Made by a program: the position numbers and the translations under genes. This document shows, one piece after another, positions 11,301-22,100 of a stretch of 64,000 nucleotides of DNA. Source of the DNA: Azolla caroliniana. Its lineage: Eukaryota > Plantae > Polypodiophyta. Positions within the stretch are counted from its first letter, which is position 1. The number at the start of each line of letters is the position of its first letter. The stretch covers positions 9,734,001 to 9,798,000 of the forward strand of contig JBHGNT010000010.1 in assembly GCA_043228905.1 (NCBI GenBank). The letters run 5' to 3'. The notes beneath the pieces are model-generated. The model saw only the letters and a program-made list of their open reading frames with translations. It did not search any database and was not told the origin of the DNA.

Positions 11301-13720
11301 GACCGGTTAGCACTCGAGGATCCGGCCGAAGAAGATGAAGAAACAGAACCGGCCGAAGAAGATGAAAATGATACCGGAACCGGCCCCGATCCCGAAATGG
11401 ATTCGGATGAAGAAGAATCGGAAGAACCGGTTACCGAAGCTCCGGAACGAAGATATCCTCTAAGAGAGAGAAGGGCCCCCCGGAGATTTCCGGAACCAGA
11501 GCACGTGCTGCTAACCGACGAGGGGGAGCCGGAGAGCTTTGAAGAAGCAAAACATGACACCCAGAGCCGCAGGTGGTTGAGTGCCATGCAGGACGAGATG
11601 GATTCCCTGCATGAGAACCACACATATGAACTTGTGGAGTTGCCGAAAGGAAAGCGGGCACTTCGAAACAAGTGGGTGTTCAAGCTGAAACCGGGAGATG
11701 CCGGAAACCCCCCGAGATACAAAGCCAGGATCGTGGTGAAGGGGTTTCAGCAGAAGAAGGGCGTCGACTTCGACGAGATATTTGCCCCGGTAGTGAAGAT
11801 GACCTCCATCCGGACGGTGCTGAGCATAGCGGCAAGCATGGACCTCGAGGTAGAACAGATGGACGTGAAGACGGCATTCCTTCACGGTGACCTCGATGAA
11901 GAGATCTACATGCAGCAACCGGAAGGATTCGAGAAGAAAGGGAAGGAGCACCTGGTATGCCGGCTGAAGAAGAGCCTTTACGGACTGAAGCAGGCTCCCC
12001 GGCAATGGTACCGGAAGTTCGACTCCTTCATGACCGACGAAGGGTACCTCAAAACGCAGTCCGACCACTGCGTGTTTGTGAAGAAGTTCGAAGGAGGAGA
12101 CTTTCTAATACTCCTCCTGTACGTGGACGACATGCTGATCGTCGGACGGGACCAGGTCAAGATACGGATGCTGAAGAAGGCTCTTCACCGAACCTTCTCA
12201 ATGAAGGACCTGGGTCCGGCGAGGCAAATACTAGGGATGCACATCATCCGGGACCGGAAGAAGAAGCAGTTGTGGCTGTCACAGGAGAAGTACGTGACGA
12301 AGGTGCTTCACCGGTTCAACATGTCGGAAGCAAGACCGGTCGGATCGACCCTCCCGGCAAACTGCAAGCTGTCCAGCAAGCAAAGTCCCAAGACAAAGGC
12401 TGAAAAGGAGGAAATGATGAAAGTGCCGTATGCCTCAGCCGTCGGGAGCTTGATGTACGCCATGGTGTGTACGAGACCGGACATAGGATATGCAGTCGGA
12501 GTGGTGAGCCGGTACATGAGCAATCCCGGCAAAGAGCATTGGAACGCGGCCAAGTGGATACTCCGATACCTGAAAGGAACGGCAAACGTGTGCCTCCGAT
12601 TCGGCTCCGGTAAGCCCGAACTCGACGGCTTCACCGATTCGGATATGTCGGCTGATGCAGATACCAGCCGGTCCACATCAGGGTATGTGATGACGTATGC
12701 AGGGGGAGCCGTTTCGTGGCAGTCGAGGCTGCAGAAGACGGTTGCGTTGTCAACCACGGAGGCGGAGTATATGGCAGCTGCTGAAGCCGGCAAGGAAATA
12801 ATATGGATGAAGGACTTCATTAGAGAGCTCGGTATCCGGCAGGAGGAGTACCGACTCTACTGCGACAGTCAGAGTGCAATCCACCTTGCGAAGAACGCGG
12901 CCTATCACTTCCGGACGAAGCACATCCAGCGAAGATATCACTGGATCCGGGAAAGGATAGAAGACAGGGAGTTCGTGCTGACAAAGATCCACACGGACGA
13001 GAACGGGTCGGATATGCTGACCAAGGTGCTCACACCCGACAAGCTGGAAGCATGCCGGAAGAGGATCGGATTGGAAAGACATCCCATGCCGAAGTGAAGG
13101 GGGAGTTTGTTGGGATTACGGTCCCTTCGAATGGGATGGTCGGATGTCGGAGATGAATGCCGACGAGCCCGGTTTCGGTTTCGGAACCGGATGATGAAGA
13201 CCCCGGCTTCGGAGCCGGATGACGAATGTACCCGGAGAGCGATCCGGATGCAGGGACATATCCGTGAATATGTTTGCTATGGGCCCCTGAGGCTATAGTT
13301 GTAAATAGCCCCAAAGTCATATATGTATAAATATGACTTAGGGCAAACTGTTTTAGTGCTGCTGATCATTTTTTCTGTTTTTCCACTCAAGAGGAGTGAA
13401 GAGGGAGCAGCCGCGAGAGAGAGAGAGAGAGATAGAGCGTGAGAGAGGAAGAGGACGACGCCTCTGTGTATTTCCGCCGCCTGTGGCGAGGACAGCGAGC
13501 TCAAGGTCGTCGCCTTGCAGCTCGCCATTGTATACTCCTCTTTGTATAGTGTTGGTTTGGAGTCTTGTACTCCCGTGGTTTTTCCCATCTAGGGTTTTCC
13601 ACGTTAATCCCTGTGTATTCGTGTGTTTCTCTCTGTTGTTCCTATTTTCTGCTACATTGATTCGCGATTACTTGGTTGTGGCCGAGTGGTGAAGGTGAAT
13701 CGAAGCGTCGATTCCCAACA
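8381..13720 (+). mobile_element. Intact Ty1/copia element nested in the chromovirus integrase
   Basis: 613-bp LTRs 8381-8993 and 13108-13720 (TG...CA), no differences seen by eye. TSD CTTTC/CTTTC. tRNA-iMet PBS TGGTATCAGAGC 8997-9008. PPT GAAGGGGGAG before the 3' LTR. Confidence 0.97.
9024..13097 (+). CDS. Copia Gag-Pol polyprotein, uninterrupted (~1357 aa)
   Basis: Single ORF containing CFHCGKPGHFRKNC, DSGAS (PR), HKRLCH...C..C plus D,D,E integrase, YVDD (RT) and RNase H. Confidence 0.95.
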   Translation: MEGGGSGQPGMMVLNAQNYADWKIKMEDLLIVRDLYEPIDRSEIPKGVLESEWRLLNRKAVATIRQYVHVSVLQHVANDTNAYEMWRKLSGLYERKNALNRTSLMRKIVNLKYRDGDSMVEHVSTFMGFVNQLAAIKFPLEDAMQAIILMCTLPESWENLVVTLSTSCTEDNLSLQTVKTSILNEEARRRDKEPASDSKALLTESDRGRQWNRSPQRREKSGTRSQSRGRPTCFHCGKPGHFRKNCRHYRKDNGADDTDSKKSPERNGAYRGATDRRGSDRRGQDRKGTTALAASEEEIMLITEEGELNIAGDETTWVVDSGASFHLTPERRYFSSYTAGEHGCVRMGNEGTCRIAGIGDVWLTTPTGCKMLLKDVRHVPEVRLNLISAGRLDDEGYTGSIRNGVMKFSKGSLIVARARKDNTLYLMNARLCPEELNVAADTAGELWHKRLCHMSEKGMKSLAEDNLIPVKHVHLEKCTDCLAGKQNRTSFHSRPPTRRSAPLELVHTDVCQVETKSHGGAQYFVTFIDDHNRKLWTAPLKMKDQVLCVFKELHARVERESGKKLKAIRADNGGEYRGQFQEYCRSKGIRLEFTVPKTPELNGLAERMNRTIMERVRSMLAHAKLPKGFWAEAMSTATYVINRSPSVPLDGDTPQKVWTGKEVSYRHLKVFGCLAYVHVAKDRRGKLDPKTRPCIFLGYGDDEFGYRVWDPVDKKIFRSRDIIFMEDKTLADWESEKKMKSSKSTGEDQLYEEQSRPARDRLALEDPAEEDEETEPAEEDENDTGTGPDPEMDSDEEESEEPVTEAPERRYPLRERRAPRRFPEPEHVLLTDEGEPESFEEAKHDTQSRRWLSAMQDEMDSLHENHTYELVELPKGKRALRNKWVFKLKPGDAGNPPRYKARIVVKGFQQKKGVDFDEIFAPVVKMTSIRTVLSIAASMDLEVEQMDVKTAFLHGDLDEEIYMQQPEGFEKKGKEHLVCRLKKSLYGLKQAPRQWYRKFDSFMTDEGYLKTQSDHCVFVKKFEGGDFLILLLYVDDMLIVGRDQVKIRMLKKALHRTFSMKDLGPARQILGMHIIRDRKKKQLWLSQEKYVTKVLHRFNMSEARPVGSTLPANCKLSSKQSPKTKAEKEEMMKVPYASAVGSLMYAMVCTRPDIGYAVGVVSRYMSNPGKEHWNAAKWILRYLKGTANVCLRFGSGKPELDGFTDSDMSADADTSRSTSGYVMTYAGGAVSWQSRLQKTVALSTTEAEYMAAAEAGKEIIWMKDFIRELGIRQEEYRLYCDSQSAIHLAKNAAYHFRTKHIQRRYHWIRERIEDREFVLTKIHTDENGSDMLTKVLTPDKLEACRKRIGLERHPMPK

Positions 13721-13725
13721 CTTTC

Positions 13726-14470
13726 CATATTATCGGAAAGATTAATGATGTCGCTTTTCGTCTCAATCTACCTCCTCAACTTCGGATACATCCGGTGTTT
13801 CATAGTTCTCTCCTCGAACCCTATCATGAGAGCACCATCCCCGAACGTCTTATACAACCTCCACCCCCGATCGAGCTTGAAGATGGGCCGGAGTACGAGG
13901 TTGCCGCCATCCTTGATTCCAAGATTGTTCGCATCAAGCTCTACTATCTAATCGATTGGCTAGGCTATAGTCCTAGTGAACGTACTTGGGAACCGATCGA
14001 GAATGTGACCAATGCTCGTGCTCTTCTTGAAGACTTCCATCGTCAAAATCCACACAAACCGGGTCCTCAATCCAAGACGACTCGTGACACTCGTCGTTTT
14101 ATATCGGAAAGATTAATGATGTCGCTTTTCGTCTTGATCTACCTCCTCAACTTCGGATACATCCGGTGTTTCATAGTTCTCTCCTCGAACCCTATCATGA
14201 GAGCACCATCCCTGAATGTCTTATACAACCTCCACCCCTGATCGAGCTTGAAGATGGGCCGGAGTACGAGGTTGTGGCCATCCTTGATTCCAAGATTGTT
14301 CGCAACAAGCTCTACTATCTAGTCGATTGGCTAGGCTATAGTCCTAGCAAACGTACTTGGGAACCGATCGAGAATGTGACCAATGCTCGTGCTCTTCTTG
14401 AAGACTTCCATTGTCAATATCCACACAAACCGGGTCCTCAATCCAAGACGACTCATGACACTCGTCGTTT
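13726..14470 (+). repeat. Tandem duplication (~371 bp) of integrase C-terminus/chromodomain
   Basis: ORFs 13795 and 14166 encode near-identical EYEV.AILDS...YL.DWLGY....TWEP chromodomains. Confidence 0.9.
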
Positions 14471-14901
14471 TAAAGGGGGGATAGTGTCATGATATGGCAA
14501 GACTCGAACCCATGACCTTAGGTTATATGGGTCGAGCTCTTGACCATTATATCATCTATTGTAATACGTAGGATATTATTTTCATTTACATTTATTATAG
14601 GAAATTAATGTATATTCCAGATTACTCTGGAACATTCTAGAAGCTTCAGGATTACTCCTGAAAACACTATAAATGAGGGCACTAGGCATTATGTTGAACC
14701 AAATTGGTTCAACGCCAGTCTTAAGCCTTTTAGCCACCATTGTATATTCTCTTCACATAATACATATCTTTCTTATCATCACTCTCTCCCTCTCTCGATC
14801 TCTCTCTTTCTCTCCGTCTCGCTCACTTCTTCCTTCTCTCAAGGAAGTTCTACACCTCTCATAGTACTAATTCCTTCTCTGTCTTAGTAATGTTCCTGTC
14901 A

Positions 14902-16131
14902 GGCACTCCCAGGTCTTCTCCCTATTTACTTCATGTATTTTCACTTCCCAAAATTCACGTTTGATATCTCGGACCTGTGAGGAATAAACACCAATTGCAC
15001 TCGTTGACATATTATCTCTTAAAAATTCAACTACATGTGCTACACAATTCATCTGCACACCATTTACCTTTAGTTGTTCATGGGTAAGTACCCGTTTTAT
15101 AACAACACCTGCACCATCATGTTCACCTTTACCATGGCCAGATCCAAAAAAATCCATCTCATCTCTAAACCTATTATAGCAGGCTATCTCCCCACAAAAT
15201 AAAATGGACGTCTAGCCTTGAATTGTGACGCAGCTCCATCAGACTAGACCCAATGTAGAGTAAGCTCCAAACGTTTAGCTAATAACCATTGCCAATGTAA
15301 GTTAAAACAATGTTGGACGAACAAGGTATCATGCTTCTTATCATCAGAAATAAAAAAATGAATTACTTTTTTAACATCACCTAAAACTCGAAAATATGTT
15401 TTGTGCACAAAAATGGTTACCTACGCTAAACAACAATGCATAGATTGAATTTCATTCTGCTACTTGAAAGTATAATTCTCTACGAAATCTACTACTGAGA
15501 CTACTACATCATTTCGAAAATCAAATATGCAAGTCTTAAACTGATGAGCTTGCCATGAATAAATGAAGTTGTGTTTAATGAACTTTCCTAGAGATACTAC
15601 AAATAGAGACGCCAAATCACTTCGTTTAATCAACTTCCTAACTAGATCCTTTCTTTTACACACCTTTCCTTCGAAATTGGTGTCAACCGACTCAAATAAC
15701 TTGACAGAGATTAATATTTCACTAAATTCATTTGGACACCATCTAAATCTACTAGGGCCACAATCTTGACATAAACCTATGCCACATTTATGATTGTGGA
15801 AGATGGCCTCAGTTTCTCTCGGACACAATATTGAATCTAATAGACAACTCATGGAAGAGATAACATGCTCAGATGATTAACAGTGCTCTTAAGGGCTCGA
15901 TTGACAAATTGGGCACTCACAAGTGCAAACTGCATTAGTTAGGGAGGTGATATGGTGACGTAGTAGTAGATTAACAGAGTCCTTGAGAAAACCCATTTGG
16001 ACATGGTAAATGCAACAACATATGTATCAATCCTTCAAGCGTCTCACAAAGTGTGGCTTAAGAGACTCGAATGTTCATAGTTGAACTTTGATATTTGGAT
16101 GCATTCGCCTAAACCTAATAAATAAATCGAC
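14902..16131 (-). pseudogene. Sola2-like transposase exon 2 (catalytic core), with stops
   Basis: Motifs FESLKPHFV..CCCIYH, DFVENY, SDGAASQFK and FFGSGHGKGEHDGAG. Family assignment is from remembered Sola2 motifs. Confidence 0.7.
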
Positions 16132-16149
16132 CTACGTAATAAAATGGAC

Positions 16150-19105
16150 ATACTGATTAGCTCTATAGCTATGCTCCAAACCTGTTATAGCAGCTAATTA
16201 CGTATTCCAATGCCGTGAGGATTTTCGGCCATGGTCAGAAAACCCGAGTGGGAGGAATAAAACAAGATGTGTAACATTGCACATGAACTTAGGAAAATTG
16301 TAACATAGGAATAAAAGACAAATGTAAGGAGGAAAAGTAAGATGTAAAGGTATGAAGGTGATGTGCACTCTATAGACTAGAGGGAGGCACATGGAGTATG
16401 GGTGTAGGGAGTAGTGGGCATTGAGTATGTTGGCGAGAGGAGAGGGAGTTAAGACCCATCAATCTCACCTCCTAAGATCGATGTCGAATATTCTTCTTTG
16501 AAAGAATGAGGATTTCACCACTCCTTTTGTAATGTGCCTCACCCCTTACTACTATAAAAGGGAGTGAGGGGTCACTTTTGGAGGGGTCGCCATTTTGTTG
16601 TTTCGGGGTAGACCATTAGGGTTTCGGGTTTAGGGTTTTACTATTCTTCTTCTTCTATCCGGTTAGGGTTTCTTATAGTGGGTTGCTTCACCTACGCGGC
16701 CATGGTTGTAGTCATTTGTGGATTCTTAATATTGCTTCTTGATGTATCTTGTCTCTATTTTCTCGTTCCTTGTTAATCTCCTATTCTTTCTCATTTCCTC
16801 TTGAGCTTGAAGGTCATAAGGGTTAAGCTCCCATTTCTCCTTTACTCCCTAGTCCAAGACCCACGCGGTCCCGCCTAAAATTCGACACGTACTCGCGGAT
16901 TTCCACGACAGCGGTAGCTAATTAGCAATTTTAGTAGCTAATTAGCTGGTAATAACTAAATTAGCTATTGGGAATACCTAGTTAGCTAATATGGTTGCTA
17001 ATTAGCTATCCTGGTAGTTAAATAGCTGGTAATAACTAATTAGCTATTGGGAATAGTTAGTTAGCTATGATTGGTAGCTAATTAGTTATCCTAGCAACTA
17101 ATTAGCTATTTAGCTATTCTAGTAGCTAATTAGCTATCCTAGCAACTAATTAGCTGGTATTAACTAAATTGGCTATTGGGAATAGCTAGTTAGCTAATCT
17201 GGTTGTTAATTAGCTATCCTGGTAGTTAAATAGATGGTAATAACTAATTAGTTATGATTGGTAGCTAATTAGCTATTCTTGTTGCTAATTAGCTATCCTG
17301 GTAGTTAAATAACTGGTAATAGCTAAATTAGTTGGTAATAACTAATTAGCTATTGGGAATAGTTAGTTAGCTATTCTAGTAGCTAATTAGCTATAATTCT
17401 AGGCAGCTAATTAGCTATAATTCTAGGCAACTAATTAGCTATTCTGGTAGCTAAATAGCTATGATTGGTAGCTAATTAGCTACCTTAGCAACTAATTAGC
17501 TGGTAATAGCTAAATTAGCTATTGCGAATAGCTAGTTAGCTAATTAACTATAGTCATATGCAACTAATTAGCTAGTTCGCTAGTTAGCTATTCTGGTAGC
17601 TAATTAGCTAGTCATACACAGCTAATTAGCTATTCTGGTAGCTAAATAGTTATGCTCATATTCTTAGGTAGCTAATTAGCTATTTTGGTAGCTAAATAGC
17701 TATGCTCATATTCTTAGGTAACTTATTAGCTATTTTGGTAGCGAAATAGCTATAGTTAGAGGTAGCTAATTAGCTATTTTGGTAGCTAATTAGCAAAGAG
17801 TGCTAGCTAATTAGCTATTTTGGTTGCTAATTAGCTATCCTAGTAGTTAAAATCTGGTAATAGTTTAATTAGCTGTTAATAGCTAAATTAGCTGGCAATA
17901 ACTAATTAGCTAGCACTCTTTGCTAATTAGCTACCAAAATAACTAATTAGTTATCATCATAGGTACCTAATTAGTTATTCTGGTAGCTAAATAGCTATAA
18001 TTCATAGCTAATTAGCTATCCTAGCAACTAATTAGCGGATAATAGCCAGATTAGTTATTGCGAATAGCTTGTTAGCTAATCTGATAGCTAATTAGCTATA
18101 GTCATATGTAGCTAACTAGCTAGTTAGCTAGTTAGCTATTCTAGTAGCGAATTAGCTATTCTGGCAGCTAATTAGCTGAGAGTGCTAGCTAATTTGCTAT
18201 GATTAGTAGCTAATTAGCTATTCTGGTTGCTAATTAGCTATCCTCGCAGTTAAATAGCTGGTAATAGATAAATTAGCTAGTAATAACTAATTAGCTATTG
18301 GGAATAGTTAGTTAGCTATTGAAGTAGCTAATTAGTTATAATCATAGGCAGTTGATTAACAATTCTGGTAGTTAAATAGCTATGATTGGTAGCTAATTAG
18401 CTATCCTAGCAACTAATTAGTTGGTAATAGCTAAATTAGCTATTGCGAATAGTTAGTTAGCTAGTTAGCTATTCTAGTAGCTAATTCGCTAGTCAGACAC
18501 AACTAATTAGCTATTCTGGTAGCTAAATAACTATAGTTAGAGGCAGCTAATAAGCTTTTCTTGTAGCTAATTAACTGAGAGTGCTAGCTAATTTGCTATG
18601 ATTGGTAGCTAATTAGGTGGTAATAACTAAATTGGCTATTAGGAATAGCTAGCTAGCTATTCTAGTAGGTAATTAGATATAGTCATACATAGTTTATTAC
18701 CAATTCTGGTAACTAAATAGCTATGCTCATATTCTTAGGTAGGTAATTAGCTATTCTAGTAGGGGATTAGCTACTCTAGTAGCTAATTAGCTATAGTCAT
18801 AAGCAGCTAATTAGTTAGTCTAGTAGCTAATTAGCTATTGTTATAGCCAGCTAATTAGCTATTCTAGTTGCTAATTAGCTATTCTAGCAGCTAATTAGCT
18901 ATGATTGGTAGCTTATTAGCTATTCTTGTACCTAAATAGCTATGTTCGATATTCTTAGGGAGCTAATTAGGTATTCTGGTAGCTAGTTAGCTATGATCAT
19001 ATTCTGAGGTAGGTAATTAGCTATTCTAGTATGGTCATATTCTGAGGTAGGTAATTAGCTATTCTGGCATGGTCATATTTGGAGGTAGGTAATAAGCTAA
19101 CTAAC
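16150..19105. repeat. Palindromic minisatellite, ~20-bp unit built on TAGCTAATTAGCTA
   Basis: About 2.2 kb of degenerate repeats of a self-complementary core, interrupted by a solo LTR at 16211-16910. Confidence 0.92.
16211..16910 (+). mobile_element. Solo LTR of the Trp-primed gypsy lineage
   Basis: Starts TGCCGTGAGGATTTTCGG (compare TGTCATGAAGATTTCCGG at 51032). Ends TAGTCCAA...CCACGACA. TATA at about 16553. Flanks CCAA/GCGG are degenerate. Confidence 0.7.
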
Positions 19106-22100
19106 TGTTGAGAATCAAGCTCAACTTGGTCTAGTGTGTGAACTCACCTTGAGACTGAATAGACTCTCCAACGGTCAAGAGTCACCATTATGTCACCTCT
19201 TTGCATTCTAGCATTTAGTATGAGTCATAGAATCATATTCTATGACACATAACTTATGAGCTTTCACATTCCCCATGCTCCATGAGTCTTGTAGTTAATG
19301 AAGAGAGAGGGTGACTATATAAAGCACCCTCCTCCCACCTTGTATTGTGTTGACTCTTTCTCCTTTGTTAATATAATCTACCTTGCGTGTACTCTGTGTC
19401 TTACTCCTTGTCTCTCTCTCACTCTCTCTCTCTCTCTCATACACACACACAACTCACACCTATTCCGCTACACCAAAATCACACCCGATTCTTTACATGG
19501 TATCAGAGCGATTTGGTAGCTCGATCTAGCCCATTCGCCTCATCGTGATCGTTTGTTGTGCTCTACGCCGACGACCAAGAACCGGCTCATCGTTATCGTA
19601 GCTTCGCTACATAGCTCGCATTGGAAGAGAAGAAGAAGAAGAAGAAGAATCGACATAATGAATACTCAAATGGGGAGCGCTCTCCCTACCGAGAAGTTGG
19701 ATCGAAACAACTTCGCATCTTGGGAGTACAAGATGCACCAATTCCTTGTCGGACAAGGCTATTGGAGCTACATCAAAGGAGAGCACGAAGACCGACCCGC
19801 CGAAGCGGCTCCCGGATACGCGACATGGGAGCAAGCCGCAAGCCGCGTGATGTATTGCTTGGCAACATGTGTTCACGATCACATGCTCGGCTACATTCAC
19901 CAAGCCAAGACGCCAAAGGAGGCATGGGAAAATCTAAGAAAGATTTTCGTGGCGAACACAACCACAAGAAGGCTTCAACTCCACCAAGAGTTGAACAACA
20001 TTCAACAAAGGGACATGACCATCACGACATACACCTTGAAGATCAAGGAGCTTTGCGACTCACTCGGCTCGATAAGTGTAAGTATAGATGATGATGAGAT
20101 GGTGCAAATATGCCTCGGCGGCCTCGCACCACGGTTTGGCGCGATGCGAACCGCCGTTGTAGCAAGGGAGAAATCTCCCTCCTTCTTCAAGCTCCAATCA
20201 ATGTTATTGGTCGAAGAAAACCACGTGCATACAAGGAGCAATGAATCGGAAGGCCATATGCTCTACACGCATTCGAACGGAGGAAGAGGATGCGGACGAG
20301 CGAGAGGCCGATTCGGCCAAGGACAAGGCGGACGAGGTCCGACCTACGAGAACAAGTCCCAATTTAGCCTACAAAACGCAAGCCAACGAGGAACCTTCGC
20401 AAGAAGGGGGAGCTTCCACTCCGGCCCGAGCCATCAAAATACAACCAAATGCGGATATTGCGAAAGCTCGGCCACCACGAAGAATAGTGCCGAAAGAAGA
20501 TGCGTGAATCGGCTTCCACAAGCCGACAACTCACGAATTACGCGCACAATTCTGACTATGAAGAGTATAGCGGAATGTACGGGCACAACTCCAACCGTGG
20601 CGGAATGTTCATGATAAAAAATAGAGCAAACTCTATGTTGGCCTCTACCTCAACTAATGCCTCCGGTCCGGAAGACATATGGTTCGTTGATTCCGCTGCC
20701 TCCAACCATATGACATTGCATCAAGAATGGTTCCTAGAACTTTGAGAGCCGGACCGACCCGGCTATGTCGAAACCGGAGACGACACTACGCACCCGATTC
20801 AGCACATCGTCAATGTTTCGTTCGGAAAAGAAGGTAAGCAAAATTACATTAAAAATGTCTTGCATGTATCGACCATTACGAAGAATTTGGTCTCCGTCGG
20901 CCAAATTGTAGAGCAAGGGATGCAAGTTTGATTTAATCAAGGCAGTTGCTTCATCGAAAAAGAAGGCTGACTCATCGCACGCGGACGAAAAGAGAGCCGA
21001 ATGTTCATTCTCGACTCACACGAAATGAAATCGGCCATGTTTGCAAAGGGCATGAAAGCCGACTCCGACATAGAGCTATGGCACAAGCGAATCGGCCACA
21101 TCAATCTCAACAAACTCAAAGCAATGAAATCGAAAGGAGTCGTCATCAGACTTCCGACATTCAAAGAGAAGGAGATTGAAGGTGTATGCGAAGCGTGCCA
21201 ATTTGGCAAGCAACACTGAAAGCCATTCCCGAAAGAGCGGAATGTGAGCAAAGTTCTACTCGACGTAGTCCATTTCGACATATGGGGACCGGCGCAAACG
21301 GCTACATTCGGCGGATGCCGATATTACGTACTCTTCATCAACGACTTCTCTAGGCACACTTGGATCTACCCGATGCAGCAAAAGAGCGAAGTGTTCGGAC
21401 ACTTCCAAAAATTCAAGAAGTCGAGAAAGCCATGGGCCGACATGTACGATGCCTTCGATCGGATGGTGGCAAGGAGTACTTCTCGAACGATTTCACGACG
21501 TATCTCTAAAAGGAAGGAATTCGGTGAGAATTCACTTGCCGATACACTCCGCAACAAAATGGAGTAGCCGAGCGCAAAAATCGGCACATCCTCGAAGTGG
21601 TGCAGGCCATGATGAACAAGAAGAATATGCCCAAGTCATATTGGGCCGAAGCTGCAAATACGGTCGTCTACCTAATGAACCAGTGCACAACATCCGGCGT
21701 GCACGAGGTCACTCCGCACGAAAAATACTTCGGAAAGAAGCCGAACTTATCATATATCCGGATATTCGGCGTGATAGTGTACATGCACATCCCCGATGAG
21801 AAGCGTCGAAAACTTGACCCGAAGTCGGAGAAATGTATCCTCGTAGGATACTCATTAGAGCAAAAGGGGTACAAGTGGTATAACCCCTCAACTCGAAAAT
21901 CTTGAGTAAGTCGAGACGTCATTTTTGACGAGTCCGCATCCAGGTACGCACCAGAGACAACTTTGACTCCGACTCCGCTCGACCCGGAATTCCCCGAACA
22001 AGAGATAGAGGATGAAGATAGCCTTACGCGCATGTTCGAAGAAAGTCTGATCACGACCCGACTAAGCGGACCACAAGAGCCTTTGAGCGATCAAAGCACA

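Larger units (their letters stand above)
3555..14901 (+). mobile_element. Ty3/gypsy chromovirus (Tcn1/Tf1-like), full length, degenerate
   Basis: LTRs 3555-3989 and 14485-14901 (TGTCATGA...). TSD GGCAT/GGCAC. PPT AAAGGGGGGATAG 14472-14484. Domain order gag-PR-RT-RH-INT-chromodomain. Confidence 0.95.

Noticed and set aside
9077-13082. Many overlapping antisense and alternate-frame ORFs in the copia
   Set aside because: Shadow ORFs of a GC-rich coding region, with no independent motifs.
16615-16640. Telomere-like GGGTTTAGGGTTT
   Set aside because: Only 2-3 imperfect units inside an LTR (telo-box-like), not an interstitial telomere.
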